A stretch of 32,000 bases of DNA from Mycolicibacterium smegmatis (GCF_001457595.1 NZ_LN831039.1:1920001-1952000), one strand, 5' to 3'; positions 1 through 7,938 are shown, numbered from the stretch's first letter. The notes: generated by a model from the sequence alone, not told the origin. A program made the numbers and translations.

Positions 1-104
1 GCCTACTCAGTACCGGCCCGTACCCGCCATACGAGTGATCGTACGAGGCAACGATATTCGCGGACATCCGGGAACATTCGGGAACTTCGGAAAGGAAAGT
101 GACG

Positions 105-404
105 ATGGCTGACGAACCTGTCGATCATGCCAGGACCACACGACCACACGCCGGCGAGACCATGAAGGACGCCAGAAACCTGCCGGGTCTGGCGATCATC
201 GGCGTCTCCCTCGTGGTGTTCGTGAGCAGCCTGGTCGCGTTCGCGACCGACCACATGAGCATCGGAGGAATGCTGGTGGGGTTGGCCGCGGTCGGTGCAG
301 TGGTGGGCGGGGCCTGGCTGGCCACCGAGCACTACCGCGTCCGCAAGAACGAAGAGCGTTGGTACGCAAATCATCCCGGGATCATGCGGCAGCACCCCAG
401 CTGA
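105..404 (+). CDS. UsfY-like small membrane protein, paralog 1 (99 aa)
   Basis: ATG 105 (track ORF starts at GTG 99) follows AAAGGAAAG. N-terminus is ADEPVDHARTTRPHAGETMKD, followed by two hydrophobic helices and a C-terminal EHYRVRKNEERWYANHPGIMRQ. Clear paralog of the ORFs at 8140 and 28772. The UsfY name is from recollection of mycobacterial annotation. Confidence 0.75.
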   Translation: MADEPVDHARTTRPHAGETMKDARNLPGLAIIGVSLVVFVSSLVAFATDHMSIGGMLVGLAAVGAVVGGAWLATEHYRVRKNEERWYANHPGIMRQHPS

Positions 405-425
405 CCGGTGCAAGAGAGCGCGAAA

Positions 426-457
426 AGATGGCCCAGCCGAAATCGGCTGGGCCATCT
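426..457. terminator. Bidirectional hairpin between convergent genes
   Basis: Perfect 14-bp inverted repeat AGATGGCCCAGCCG / CGGCTGGGCCATCT with an AAAT loop, lying between stop codons at 404 (+) and 473 (-). No U-tract. Confidence 0.6.
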
Positions 458-472
458 GCGTATTGCGCCGCA

Positions 473-715
473 TCAGGGTCGCTGTTCGGACTCCTGCCGC
501 TTCTCGGCTGCCTTTGCCCCGGCACGGGCCGATTCGGCCTCGGCTTCCTTCTTGGCGGCGGCCTGCTGGGCATCGGCCTTGTCCTGCTGGGCCTTGCCTT
601 CCCGAACCATGTCGTCACGGCCGGTCACGGTGCCGACGGCTTCCTTGGCCTTGCCCTTGACGTCCTCGACGGCGCCCTTGATGCCTTCTTCGGGTCCAGA
701 ATTCTTCTCGGTCAT
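473..715 (-). CDS. CsbD-family general stress protein (80 aa)
   Basis: ATG 715 follows GGAAAGG. MTEKNSGPEEGIKGAVEDVKGKAKEAVGTVTGRDDMVREGKAQQDKA is a typical CsbD-like repeat pattern. The track ORF 473..916 is trimmed to this start. Confidence 0.85.
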   Translation of the reverse strand: MTEKNSGPEEGIKGAVEDVKGKAKEAVGTVTGRDDMVREGKAQQDKADAQQAAAKKEAEAESARAGAKAAEKRQESEQRP

Positions 716-779
716 GGTTACCTTTCCGCTGCCGCGAGTGGATTGGTTGTTCATTGACGCGTCTTCGCGCTTCCTACTG

Positions 780-805
780 ATGCCCGGTATTCCGGGTCCC
801 GAAAC
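780..805 (-). promoter_or_regulatory. SigF-type promoter (near consensus) for the CsbD-like gene
   Basis: The minus strand reads GTTT(805-802)-N16-GGGCAT(785-780), about 65 nt upstream of ATG 715. It has the same GGGCAT -10 variant as the chaB promoter at 31273. Confidence 0.6.
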
Positions 806-847
806 GTGATCGGAAACGCGGCCCTGTGCATCGCCCGAGGTCGGAAG

Positions 848-871
848 GTTTGCCGGTCCACCAGATGGGTA
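848..871 (+). promoter_or_regulatory. SigF-type promoter, exact consensus, now separated from its gene by the IS
   Basis: GTTT(848-851)-N15-GGGTA(867-871) points right toward RBS-like GAAAGGA (891-897). The IS begins immediately after. Confidence 0.65.
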
Positions 872-912
872 CCAAACGAGCCAGGTGATCGAAAGGACTC
901 TCAATGAAGAAG

Positions 913-2121
913 TCAAGCCGCCGCGATGTTTGGGGGTGATTCAGGTTGCCAGGTCCGGTTGTCGCGGATGAGGGCGTAGAGAACGTTGGTGCGCCGTCGT
1001 GCCAGGCAGATGGTGGCGGGGATCGGCCGCTTTCCTTCGTCTCGTTTGCGCTGGTAGTAGGCCTTGGAATCTGGGTCGCAGCGGATCGCGGTCAACGCCG
1101 ACATGTACATGGCTCGGCGCAGTCGGCGACTGTAGCGCTTGGGGGTGTGCAGTCGTTCGGTGCGCTTTCTGGAGTCTCGAGACACTGGTGCCAGGCCGGC
1201 CCAGGCCGCGAGTTGGTCAGCCGATCCGATCAGTGCGGGATCACCGACGGCAGCGAGGAGTTCGGCGCCGAGTCGAAATCCCATGCCGGGCATACTGGTG
1301 ATCACCTCGGCGAGTGGATGGCGGCGAAATCGGCCCTCGATGTCGGCGTCGGTGGTCTTGATGCGGTCATCGAGGGCAATCACCTCCCGTGCCAGATCAG
1401 CGACCAACCCGGCGGCCACCTCTTCGCCGGGCAGACGCACCGTCTGGGTTTTCACCGCGGCCACCGCAGCCCCCGCGATCGAGGCGGCGTTGCGCACACC
1501 GGCATCGGTCAAGACTTTGGTCAGCCGCGAAACACCGCTTTGCCGAATCGCTTTGGGACGCTGGTAGCGCGCCAGCAATACCACCCAGCCACGGTCTTGG
1601 CTCAGTTGGGCGGCTCGTTCCAGGGCCGGGCAGACCGCGACGAGTTGTTGGCGCAGCCGGTTTATTGTGCGGGTGCGGTCGGCCACGAGGTCGGCGCGAT
1701 GGCCGGTGAGCATCCGCAACTCGCTGATCAAGTCATCATTGGGATGCAGAACGGGCAAGTCCTGCCCGCGCATCCGCGACTGGTCGGCGATCACCCGTGC
1801 ATCTTTGGCGTCGGTTTTGGCCTCCCCACCGCGGTAGGTCGCCGAGGCCTGCCACACCGCCCGGCCGGCCAGGTACCGGACCGTTTTGCCAGCGTCGGCC
1901 AGCACCGTCAACAACAGGGCGGCATACACCGTGGTCAGGTCCACCGCCCACAACACTCGCTCGGCCAGCTCGTCGATTTCAGCCACGAGCTCTCGGATCG
2001 GTTGCTCATCGTTAACCAACCGGCGCGACAACACCACCTTCCCGCTGTCGTCGACCACACATACCCAGTGATGCTCTTTACCGACATCCACTCCAGCCCA
2101 CACCTGGCCCGCCGCCATCAC
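913..2121 (-). CDS. IS110-family (DEDD-type) transposase/recombinase, 402 aa
   Basis: N-terminal VWAGVDVGKEHHWVCVVDDSGK...AVDL...TDAKDA (DEDD/RuvC-like) and C-terminal ITSMPGMGFRLGAELLAAVGD...AGLAPVSRDS are typical of IS110/IS900/IS1110 transposases. Start is GTG 2121 or ATG 2118. Confidence 0.9.
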   Translation of the reverse strand: MMAAGQVWAGVDVGKEHHWVCVVDDSGKVVLSRRLVNDEQPIRELVAEIDELAERVLWAVDLTTVYAALLLTVLADAGKTVRYLAGRAVWQASATYRGGEAKTDAKDARVIADQSRMRGQDLPVLHPNDDLISELRMLTGHRADLVADRTRTINRLRQQLVAVCPALERAAQLSQDRGWVVLLARYQRPKAIRQSGVSRLTKVLTDAGVRNAASIAGAAVAAVKTQTVRLPGEEVAAGLVADLAREVIALDDRIKTTDADIEGRFRRHPLAEVITSMPGMGFRLGAELLAAVGDPALIGSADQLAAWAGLAPVSRDSRKRTERLHTPKRYSRRLRRAMYMSALTAIRCDPDSKAYYQRKRDEGKRPIPATICLARRRTNVLYALIRDNRTWQPESPPNIAAA

Positions 2122-2362
2122 ACCTCTTTTCGCTTGTCTGCCAACATGATCCCCAAGGACAACCCCGCCAGCATTTCCTTAAACAAGCGATCACATCGCA
2201 GATCTCAATCAGCGGCCAGAGAAGTCCAGGCAGGCCGGGCGGCCAGTCCTTTCAAGCCGCACCAAGGGGCCGGCAACACACACCACAGCCACACCCGACC
2301 CACCCGGGTCACAGCCCAACGTAACTGCCTCAACAACACGAAGAAACTGCAACTACGAACTT
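2122..2362 (-). ncRNA. Candidate bridge-RNA-encoding 5' arm of the IS110 element
   Basis: 241-nt non-coding segment upstream of the recombinase inside the IS. It contains an inverted 9/9 copy (AGTCCTTTC, 2245-2253) of the left flank GAAAGGACT (891-899) and a direct AAGGAC (2155-2160). The assignment rests on analogy to IS110-family bridge RNAs. No structure was computed. Confidence 0.3.
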
Positions 2363-2372
2363 AAGGACTCAC

Positions 2373-3041
2373 ATGCTCGCTATCGCCGCTGAAGGTGTCT
2401 ACCGTCCGCAAGAAGACTCGCAGTTGCTCATCGATGCGCTGGAACGCAGTGGCGAGGTACCCGGCCGCCGCGTTCTCGATCTGTGTACGGGAAGCGGGGT
2501 TGTGGCGATCGCCGCCGCACACCTGGGTGCCGAACACGTGACCGCGCTGGACATCTGCCCGCGTGCCGTGGAATACGCCACGGCCAACGCCGCGGCGGCA
2601 GCAGCCGACGTGGACGTGAAGCTCGGCACCTGGAACGAGGCGCTCAACTGGGAGCCCTTCGATCTGGTCGTGTGCAACCCGCCGTACGTGCCCACCAGTC
2701 CTGCGGTCGATCCCGGCAGCGTGGCGCCGTGGGCCGGGCCCGCGACCGCCTGGGACGGCGGCGCGGACGGACGTATGATCCTCGACCCGCTGTGCGACGT
2801 GGCGGGTGCGATGCTCGCCGAGGGCGGCTCTCTGTTCCTCGTGCAGTCGGAATTCTCGGGTGTCGAGGAGTCCCTGACCCGCCTGAGCTGGAGCGGTCTC
2901 AAGACCGAGGTCGTCGTCACGCAGTCGATCCCGTGGGGTCCCGTGGTGACCGCCCAGGCGGAATGGCTGCGCGAAACCGGCCGGCTGCACGATGGTCGCG
3001 ACGACGAGGTGCTGGTGGTCATCCGAGCGGACAAGCCATGA
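2373..3041 (+). CDS. HemK2/Mtq2/N6AMT1-like class I SAM-dependent methyltransferase (222 aa)
   Basis: Contains EGVYRPQEDSQLLIDAL, LDLCTGSGVV (SAM motif I) and VVCNPPYVP (NPPY motif). ATG 2373 follows AAGGACTC. Confidence 0.8.
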   Translation: MLAIAAEGVYRPQEDSQLLIDALERSGEVPGRRVLDLCTGSGVVAIAAAHLGAEHVTALDICPRAVEYATANAAAAAADVDVKLGTWNEALNWEPFDLVVCNPPYVPTSPAVDPGSVAPWAGPATAWDGGADGRMILDPLCDVAGAMLAEGGSLFLVQSEFSGVEESLTRLSWSGLKTEVVVTQSIPWGPVVTAQAEWLRETGRLHDGRDDEVLVVIRADKP

Positions 3042-3253
3042 CCGCGCAGCGCAGGACCGTACAGATCACCGACCGCGGCCCAATGCTGGTCGAAGGCCCG
3101 GTGTGCATCGAACTGCCCGACGGGTCGAAGGTCGAATCGGACCGGTTCATGGTCGCGGTGTGCACATGCCGCCGCTCCAAGACCTACCCGTTGTGCGACA
3201 CGAGCCACCGCAAGCGGGTGAGGCCGGACAAGACGGCCAGACAGACCGCGTGA
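3038..3253 (+). CDS. CDGSH-type iron-sulfur domain protein (71 aa)
   Basis: CTCRRSKTYPLCDTSH fits C-x-C-x2-S-x3-P-x-C-D-(G)-S-H, with T replacing G. ATG 3038 overlaps the methyltransferase stop (ATGA). Confidence 0.7.
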   Translation: MTAQRRTVQITDRGPMLVEGPVCIELPDGSKVESDRFMVAVCTCRRSKTYPLCDTSHRKRVRPDKTARQTA

Positions 3254-3270
3254 GCGGCAGCCACCGACAA

Positions 3271-3309
3271 ACGATTTCGCCCCCACCGTCACGGTGGGGG
3301 CGAAATCGT
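3271..3309. terminator. Bidirectional hairpin between convergent genes
   Basis: Perfect 18-bp stem ACGATTTCGCCCCCACCG / CGGTGGGGGCGAAATCGT with a 3-nt loop, between the stops at 3253 (+) and 3335 (-). Confidence 0.7.
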
Positions 3310-3334
3310 CTGTGAATGATGACAGTGCGCCGTG

Positions 3335-4357
3335 TCAGTCGTCCAGGGGCCTGGTGAGCGAGCTGCGCTCGGCCGTCCAGCTCTTCATCAGATGATCGGC
3401 CAGGCGGTCTTCCAACGCGTCGAACGCGCGGATGCCGAACACCACGTCGGCGTCGAGTTCGGGTTCGCGCTCGACGAGGTCGCCGATCACGTTGAGCCGC
3501 ACCACCTGTTCGTGCACGGCGTCGGCCTCCACGTGCTCGGCGTAGAACCGCACACACGGCTCGGGGGCACCGAGGCGCTTCAGCGCGGCCGTCAGCCGCT
3601 GCGATCCCGGAGACGAGGTGATCTCGGTTGCCGCGAAATGCCCGGCAGCGGCCCCGCGGAGTTTGCGGTGCAGCCCGAACATCGACATCAGGTTCACCAG
3701 CGCGAGGGACTCGGCGGGTACGTGTCCGATGTAGCCGAGGTAGGTGGTGTCCAGGCCGGCCGCCTCCATCAGGTCGGCGAAGAGCTGCTGGTGCAGGTGG
3801 TTGCCGTGGCCGGCCCCGTATTCGTCGTACTCGATCGCCACAAACGACGCCTTCGCCTGACCGCCGATCCTGGGGATCAGCCACGCGTGCGGGTCACCCT
3901 CCTTGAGGTGATACAGCGAACGGTGTACGAAGTACTCCCGCATCTGCTCCCACGTGCCGTGGTCGCGCAGGAAGTAGGACGGCCCGGTGCCGTCCACCGG
4001 CTCGACGGACAACCGCTCCATCTCACTGGCTGCGGTGACGTCGGGCGGGATGGTGCCGATCTCCTTACGAACGGCCTCGAGGAAGACGCGTTCGAGCTGA
4101 GAGCGCAAGTGCAGGAGTCCGGCGCTCCACTCCCAGTCGGGGTCGACGCCGTCGAACCCGCGGTAGTGCAGTTCGTAACAGACGTACAGCGCGAGTTGGA
4201 TGTCCAGCCCCAGGGGGTCGGCGTCACGCAGCGGAACCCACACGGGTTCGAGGTGATTGTGCGGTGCACGGCCTTTGAGCTCGGATATCACCGCGGCCGA
4301 TATGCGGCCCTGGGCGTCGGGAAGCGGCGGTTGCAGGGTGGTCGGGATAGTCATCAT
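3335..4357 (-). CDS. Heme-oxygenase-like iron-containing redox enzyme family protein (340 aa)
   Basis: The MMTIPTT start is at 4357. EYDEYGAGHGNHLHQQLFADLMEAAGLD and FYAEHVEADAVHEQV resemble the Haem_oxygenase_2/CADD-like diiron family (by eye). The N-terminal 71 codons of the track ORF are trimmed. Confidence 0.7.
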   Translation of the reverse strand: MMTIPTTLQPPLPDAQGRISAAVISELKGRAPHNHLEPVWVPLRDADPLGLDIQLALYVCYELHYRGFDGVDPDWEWSAGLLHLRSQLERVFLEAVRKEIGTIPPDVTAASEMERLSVEPVDGTGPSYFLRDHGTWEQMREYFVHRSLYHLKEGDPHAWLIPRIGGQAKASFVAIEYDEYGAGHGNHLHQQLFADLMEAAGLDTTYLGYIGHVPAESLALVNLMSMFGLHRKLRGAAAGHFAATEITSSPGSQRLTAALKRLGAPEPCVRFYAEHVEADAVHEQVVRLNVIGDLVEREPELDADVVFGIRAFDALEDRLADHLMKSWTAERSSLTRPLDD

Positions 4358-4370
4358 ATTGCCCCCAGGA

Positions 4371-4394
4371 TTCCCATTTGTGCCTGCGGTAAAC
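4371..4394 (-). promoter_or_regulatory. SigF-like promoter (variant -10) for the heme-oxygenase-like gene
   Basis: The minus strand reads GTTT(4394-4391)-N15-GGGAAT(4375-4370). The ATG at 4357 lies 14 nt after the -10 A. Confidence 0.4.
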
Positions 4395-4554
4395 CTCAAA
4401 CGCGTCCTGGGCCTGGCGTTTTGCTGTGCGTTGATTGTGGTGCTCCTGGTCGTGTCGCGAACCGCGGCGGCGTTGGACAGTGGTATCTCACGGGCGTCGA
4501 TGCCTCGTGGATTGTGCGGAAGAGAAACGAAGAAGCTGGGCACAGAATAGTTCC

Positions 4555-4591
4555 GGACCGCCGTCCGCATCCGGAAATGGGACGACGGCCC
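4555..4591 (-). terminator. Possible imperfect hairpin downstream of the DUF4383-like gene
   Basis: GGACCGCCGTCC (4555-4566) pairs with GGACGACGGCCC (4580-4591) at 10 of 12 positions, just past the stop at 4614. Confidence 0.3.
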
Positions 4592-4613
4592 GGAACCAAC
4601 CTGGTGTGCCGGA

Positions 4614-5108
4614 TCAGTTCAGGGTGCCCGGGGCGCCGGTCCCCTCGCCGTTGGTCGCGCGCAACGTGGTCTGGCGGCCGAGTGCGACGCCGAGACCGAT
4701 CATGAGCACCGCGAGCGCGAAGTGCAGCCAGTTGTCAGCGGAGTTCACCGGGACGAAGTTGGCCGAGCTGTGCGGATCGATCACGAGACCGTACAGCCAC
4801 AACACCGCGTAGATGATGCCGCCGACGATCAGGTAGAGGCGGGCCGACGAAGGCTTACGCGCCATGGCCAGACCGGCGACACCGAACGCCAGGTGGACCA
4901 GGTTGTGCAGGACCGACACCGCGAAGATGCCCAGCAGCATGGCCTCGGAGTGGTGACTCGCGAACGTGAGGTCACCGTAGTTGGAGGTCAGGCCCGGGAT
5001 GAAGCCCGCGATGCCGACCAGGAGGAAGACCGCTCCCACGATGAGCGCCGCCCACTGAAGGGGCGACCGGGCGGAGGTCCCGGGCCTCGTGGCGTGTGTT
5101 GAACTCAT
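4614..5108 (-). CDS. DUF4383-like four-helix membrane protein (164 aa)
   Basis: ATG 5108 follows GGGAAGG. LQWAALIVGAVFLLVGIAGFIPGL and three more hydrophobic helices. The family name is from recollection. The track ORF (to 5552) is trimmed. Confidence 0.75.
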   Translation of the reverse strand: MSSTHATRPGTSARSPLQWAALIVGAVFLLVGIAGFIPGLTSNYGDLTFASHHSEAMLLGIFAVSVLHNLVHLAFGVAGLAMARKPSSARLYLIVGGIIYAVLWLYGLVIDPHSSANFVPVNSADNWLHFALAVLMIGLGVALGRQTTLRATNGEGTGAPGTLN

Positions 5109-5122
5109 TGCTGACCTTCCCT

Positions 5123-5146
5123 TGATGTGGCCTCTGATGTGGCCTC
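5123..5146. repeat. 12-nt tandem repeat TGATGTGGCCTC x2 (partial third copy to 5151)
   Basis: Read directly from the sequence. It lies in the predicted 5' UTR of the minus-strand gene starting at 5108. Confidence 0.9.
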
Positions 5147-5185
5147 GATGTACTTGCCGGCCATGGCGCCGGCATGCCGATCGAC

Positions 5186-5210
5186 TACCCGGGCCGCCTT
5201 TCGGCGAAAC
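5186..5210 (-). promoter_or_regulatory. SigF-type promoter, exact consensus, for the DUF4383-like gene
   Basis: The minus strand reads GTTT(5210-5207)-N16-GGGTA(5190-5186), 78 nt upstream of ATG 5108. Confidence 0.7.
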
Positions 5211-5245
5211 TCCGTCGAGAACCTCGGCAGGCGTGCTGACCATCA

Positions 5246-5269
5246 TGTTTGGTGCTCCGACCCGGGGGT
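5246..5269 (+). promoter_or_regulatory. SigF-type promoter, exact consensus, for the P450 gene
   Basis: GTTT(5246-5249)-N15-GGGTA(5265-5269). ATG 5282 lies 13 nt after the -10 A and there is no SD. Confidence 0.7.
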
Positions 5270-5281
5270 AGCCCGCTGCGC

Positions 5282-6655
5282 ATGAATAACGGTGGACACC
5301 GGTTGCACGGTGCGCAGGCCCTTGCCACGTTGGTCGATCTCGGGTTCCCGGCGATCGCGTCGGGCGTGATCGCACGACGGCCTCCTGTGCTCGGGCTGCT
5401 CGAGCGGATGCAAGCCGACGAACGCGCAGGCAAGAGAATGCGCCGGCTGCGCAGCGAGTTCGGCCGGGGTCCCGTCGAACTGGTGATACCGGGTCGACGC
5501 ATCGTGGTGGTGACCGATCCCGAGGATGTCGGCGCGGTGCTGGCGCAGGCACCCGAGCCCTTCCACCCCGCCAACCGGGAGAAGCGCAAGGCCCTGCAGT
5601 GGTTCCAGCCGCACGGTGTCCTGATCTCTCAGGGCCCGATCCGCGAGCAGCGACGCGCGGTCAACGAGGCCGCACTGGACTCGGGTGCCGCGATGCACCG
5701 GTTGGCGGAATCGTTCGCGGCGAAGATCGCCGCCGAGGCGGACACTCTGGTCGCCAGGACCCTGCCGGGCCATCTCCTGGATGCCGACGAGTTCATGACC
5801 GCGTGGTGGCGGTTGGTCCGCCGGCTGACGCTGGGGGAGCGGGCCCGCGACGACCACGCGATCACCGACCAACTCGCGCGGCTGCGCCGAGCGGGCAACT
5901 GGTCGTTTCTGTCACTCCCGCACTACCGGGCACGTTCGCGGTTCTTGTCCCACCTCTACCGCTACGCCGAAGACCCCGAACCGGGCACGCTGGTCGGTGC
6001 GCTCGCCGACGTCCCGGCGAGCGGCGCGGTCGACCCCGTGGGTCAGATACCGCAGTGGCTCTTCGCCTTCGACGCGGCGGGCATGGCGTTGCTGCGGGCG
6101 CTCGCGGTACTGGCGACCCATCCATTGCAGCGCGATCGCGCGCTGGAGGACGCCGGCGAGCCGAACCGGCCGCTGCTGCGGCCCTACCTTCGAGGTTGTC
6201 TGCTCGAGTCGGTGCGGTTGTGGCCCACCACGCCGGCCATCCTGCGCGACACCACCGAGGACACCCACTGGCGTGACGGCGCCGAGCGCTTCACGGTTAC
6301 CAAGGGTGCGGGCCTGCTGATCGTGGCGCCCGCGTTCCACCGCGACGACCAGGTGCTGCCCTTCGCGCACGACTTCGTTCCCGAGATCTGGATCGACGGT
6401 CGGGCCCAGCTCTATCCGCAACTCGTCCCCTTCTCGGCGGGGCCCGCCGAATGCCCCGGGCGCAACCTGGTGCTGTTCACCACGAGCACGCTGGCGGCGA
6501 ATCTGTTGAACCGCTTGCACTTCGAAGTTCGGTCCGAGCCGCGGCCGGTGGCGGGCGAACCGTTGCCGATGACGTTCAACCACGCGGGCATCGAGTTCTC
6601 CCTGCGTCCCGCGCGGCGCGCGGTCACGGCGGCGACCGCGGATCCGGTGACGTGA
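5282..6655 (+). CDS. Cytochrome P450 (457 aa)
   Basis: Heme-ligand loop FSAGPAECPGRNL (FxxGxxxCxG) near the C-terminus, and typical P450 length. The start is set at ATG 5282 downstream of the promoter; the track starts at 5249. Confidence 0.85.
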   Translation: MNNGGHRLHGAQALATLVDLGFPAIASGVIARRPPVLGLLERMQADERAGKRMRRLRSEFGRGPVELVIPGRRIVVVTDPEDVGAVLAQAPEPFHPANREKRKALQWFQPHGVLISQGPIREQRRAVNEAALDSGAAMHRLAESFAAKIAAEADTLVARTLPGHLLDADEFMTAWWRLVRRLTLGERARDDHAITDQLARLRRAGNWSFLSLPHYRARSRFLSHLYRYAEDPEPGTLVGALADVPASGAVDPVGQIPQWLFAFDAAGMALLRALAVLATHPLQRDRALEDAGEPNRPLLRPYLRGCLLESVRLWPTTPAILRDTTEDTHWRDGAERFTVTKGAGLLIVAPAFHRDDQVLPFAHDFVPEIWIDGRAQLYPQLVPFSAGPAECPGRNLVLFTTSTLAANLLNRLHFEVRSEPRPVAGEPLPMTFNHAGIEFSLRPARRAVTAATADPVT

Positions 6656-6686
6656 CGGGCGACGTGACAGGCGACGCGGACATCGG

Positions 6687-7616
6687 CTACGGCGAACGGC
6701 GTGGAACGGCGATGCGCGCCAGGTCATCCGCCACCACGAGCTCCCCGTCGTAAACCTCGGCCGCCTCCTCGAAGTGACGTTGCGTATCGCCGTAGCGTTG
6801 TGAGAAATGGGTCAGCACGAGTTTCCTCACGTGACACTCTGCTGCCACGCGCGCGGCCTGACGTGCGGTCAGGTGGCCGTATTTCAATGCGAGACCGGCA
6901 TGTTCGTTGAGGAATGTCGACTCGATCACCAACATGTCGGTGTCCTCTGCGAGCGCGTACACCGCGTCGCACAACCGGGTGTCCATCACGAAGGCGAACC
7001 GCTGCCCGGGCCGGGGCTCGCTGACCTGGGCGAGGTGCACAACCTCGGGGCCTGGGCCCGTGTCCGTGCTCACCCGGATCGTTCCCTCGCGCTGCAACTC
7101 TCCGACGGCCGGTCCGTGAATCCCATACAGCGCCAGCAGATCTGAGCGCATGCGCCGAGAGTCGGGTTCGGTCAACCGATAGCCGATCGAATCGACGGAA
7201 TGATCGAGCCTGCGCGCTTCAAGGGTTCCGAACGCACCGAAGGCGACCGGTCCGTCCGCCTCCACCGGATGTTCCCGGACGTCGACGGTGTCGTGGAACG
7301 CGCTTGCGTTGCGCAAACGGTTGAAGAACTCCTGCCCCGAGGCGGGGTAGTGGGCCGCGACCGGATGCGCGACGTGATCGAGCGACATGCGTTGCACGAT
7401 GCCCGGAACCCCGAGGCAGTGATCGCCGTGGAAGTGGGTCAGGCACAGGTGCGTGACCGAACTCGCCGAGACACCCGCCAGCAGCATCTGGCGTTGGGTG
7501 CCCTCGCCGGGATCGAACAGGAAGCCCTCGTCGTCCCAGCGCAACAGGTATCCGTTGTGATTGCGCAGCCGTGTCGGAACTTGGCTCGCGGTACCGAGGA
7601 CGACCAGCTCGCGCAT
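6687..7616 (-). CDS. RNase Z-like metallo-beta-lactamase-fold hydrolase (309 aa)
   Basis: [25 protein letters not shown]...[11 protein letters not shown]...[14 protein letters not shown] (HxHxDH) and the C-terminal [10 protein letters not shown] are typical of RNase Z/ElaC. Start is ATG 7616. Confidence 0.75.
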   Translation of the reverse strand: MRELVVLGTASQVPTRLRNHNGYLLRWDDEGFLFDPGEGTQRQMLLAGVSASSVTHLCLTHFHGDHCLGVPGIVQRMSLDHVAHPVAAHYPASGQEFFNRLRNASAFHDTVDVREHPVEADGPVAFGAFGTLEARRLDHSVDSIGYRLTEPDSRRMRSDLLALYGIHGPAVGELQREGTIRVSTDTGPGPEVVHLAQVSEPRPGQRFAFVMDTRLCDAVYALAEDTDMLVIESTFLNEHAGLALKYGHLTARQAARVAAECHVRKLVLTHFSQRYGDTQRHFEEAAEVYDGELVVADDLARIAVPRRSP

Positions 7617-7680
7617 CGACACCCCTTCGACACTACGGCTCTGCCGGGGCCTACCAGCGCCCTGGCGCGGCCATCTTGGA

Positions 7681-7938
7681 TCAGCCGCCGAGGTTCGCCA
7701 CGGCGGCCTCCAACTTGGCGGCCTCTTCTTCGAGTTCGTGGTCGGAGAGATCCGCGCCCCGGTCGCCACCCGATCTGCCCAGATCGGAGCGAGTGGCCAC
7801 CTGCAGGGCCCCGCGGTACTCGTCGGTCTCGAGTTCGGTCGCCGGGATCACGGCGGTGCGTCCCTGTATGAGAACCAGGACAGCGTCAGGCGCGTCGGCC
7901 TCCAGCAGTCGGCGCACGTCGTCCGCGGAGATCGTCAT
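7681..7938 (-). CDS. Small acidic hypothetical protein (85 aa)
   Basis: ATG 7938 follows GGTGAGGAG. GC3-rich codons. It lies 64 nt upstream of the RNase Z-like gene and is probably co-transcribed. The track ORF 7681..8544 is trimmed. Confidence 0.55.
   Translation of the reverse strand: MTISADDVRRLLEADAPDAVLVLIQGRTAVIPATELETDEYRGALQVATRSDLGRSGGDRGADLSDHELEEEAAKLEAAVANLGG

Larger units (their letters stand above)
893..2370 (-). mobile_element. IS110-family insertion sequence (about 1470 bp)
   Basis: The 8-bp direct repeat AAGGACTC occurs at 893-900 and 2363-2370, exactly 1470 bp apart. There is a single IS110-type transposase, only 12 nt between the repeat and the transposase stop, and a 241-nt non-coding arm 5' of the transposase. 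No terminal inverted repeats were seen. The exact ends are ambiguous within the repeat. Confidence 0.8.

Noticed and set aside
61-90. Direct repeat CGGGAAC-ATT-CGGGAAC upstream of UsfY-like paralog 1, considered as a GGGAA-type -10.
   Set aside because: No GTTT-like element lies 15-17 nt upstream of either copy. The true promoter may lie beyond the left window edge.
3-473. 156-aa minus-strand ORF at the left edge, overlapping UsfY-like paralog 1.
   Set aside because: It is antisense to a gene supported by three-way paralogy, and it has no motifs.
946-2364. 472-aa plus-strand ORF spanning almost the whole IS, antisense to the transposase (reminiscent of the hed ORF discussed for IS900).
   Set aside because: Its composition (Gly/Arg/Pro/His-rich with no recognisable domain) is typical of the antisense shadow of a high-GC gene. 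It has no SD or credible start context. I treated it as non-coding, although SigF-driven read-through would transcribe this strand.
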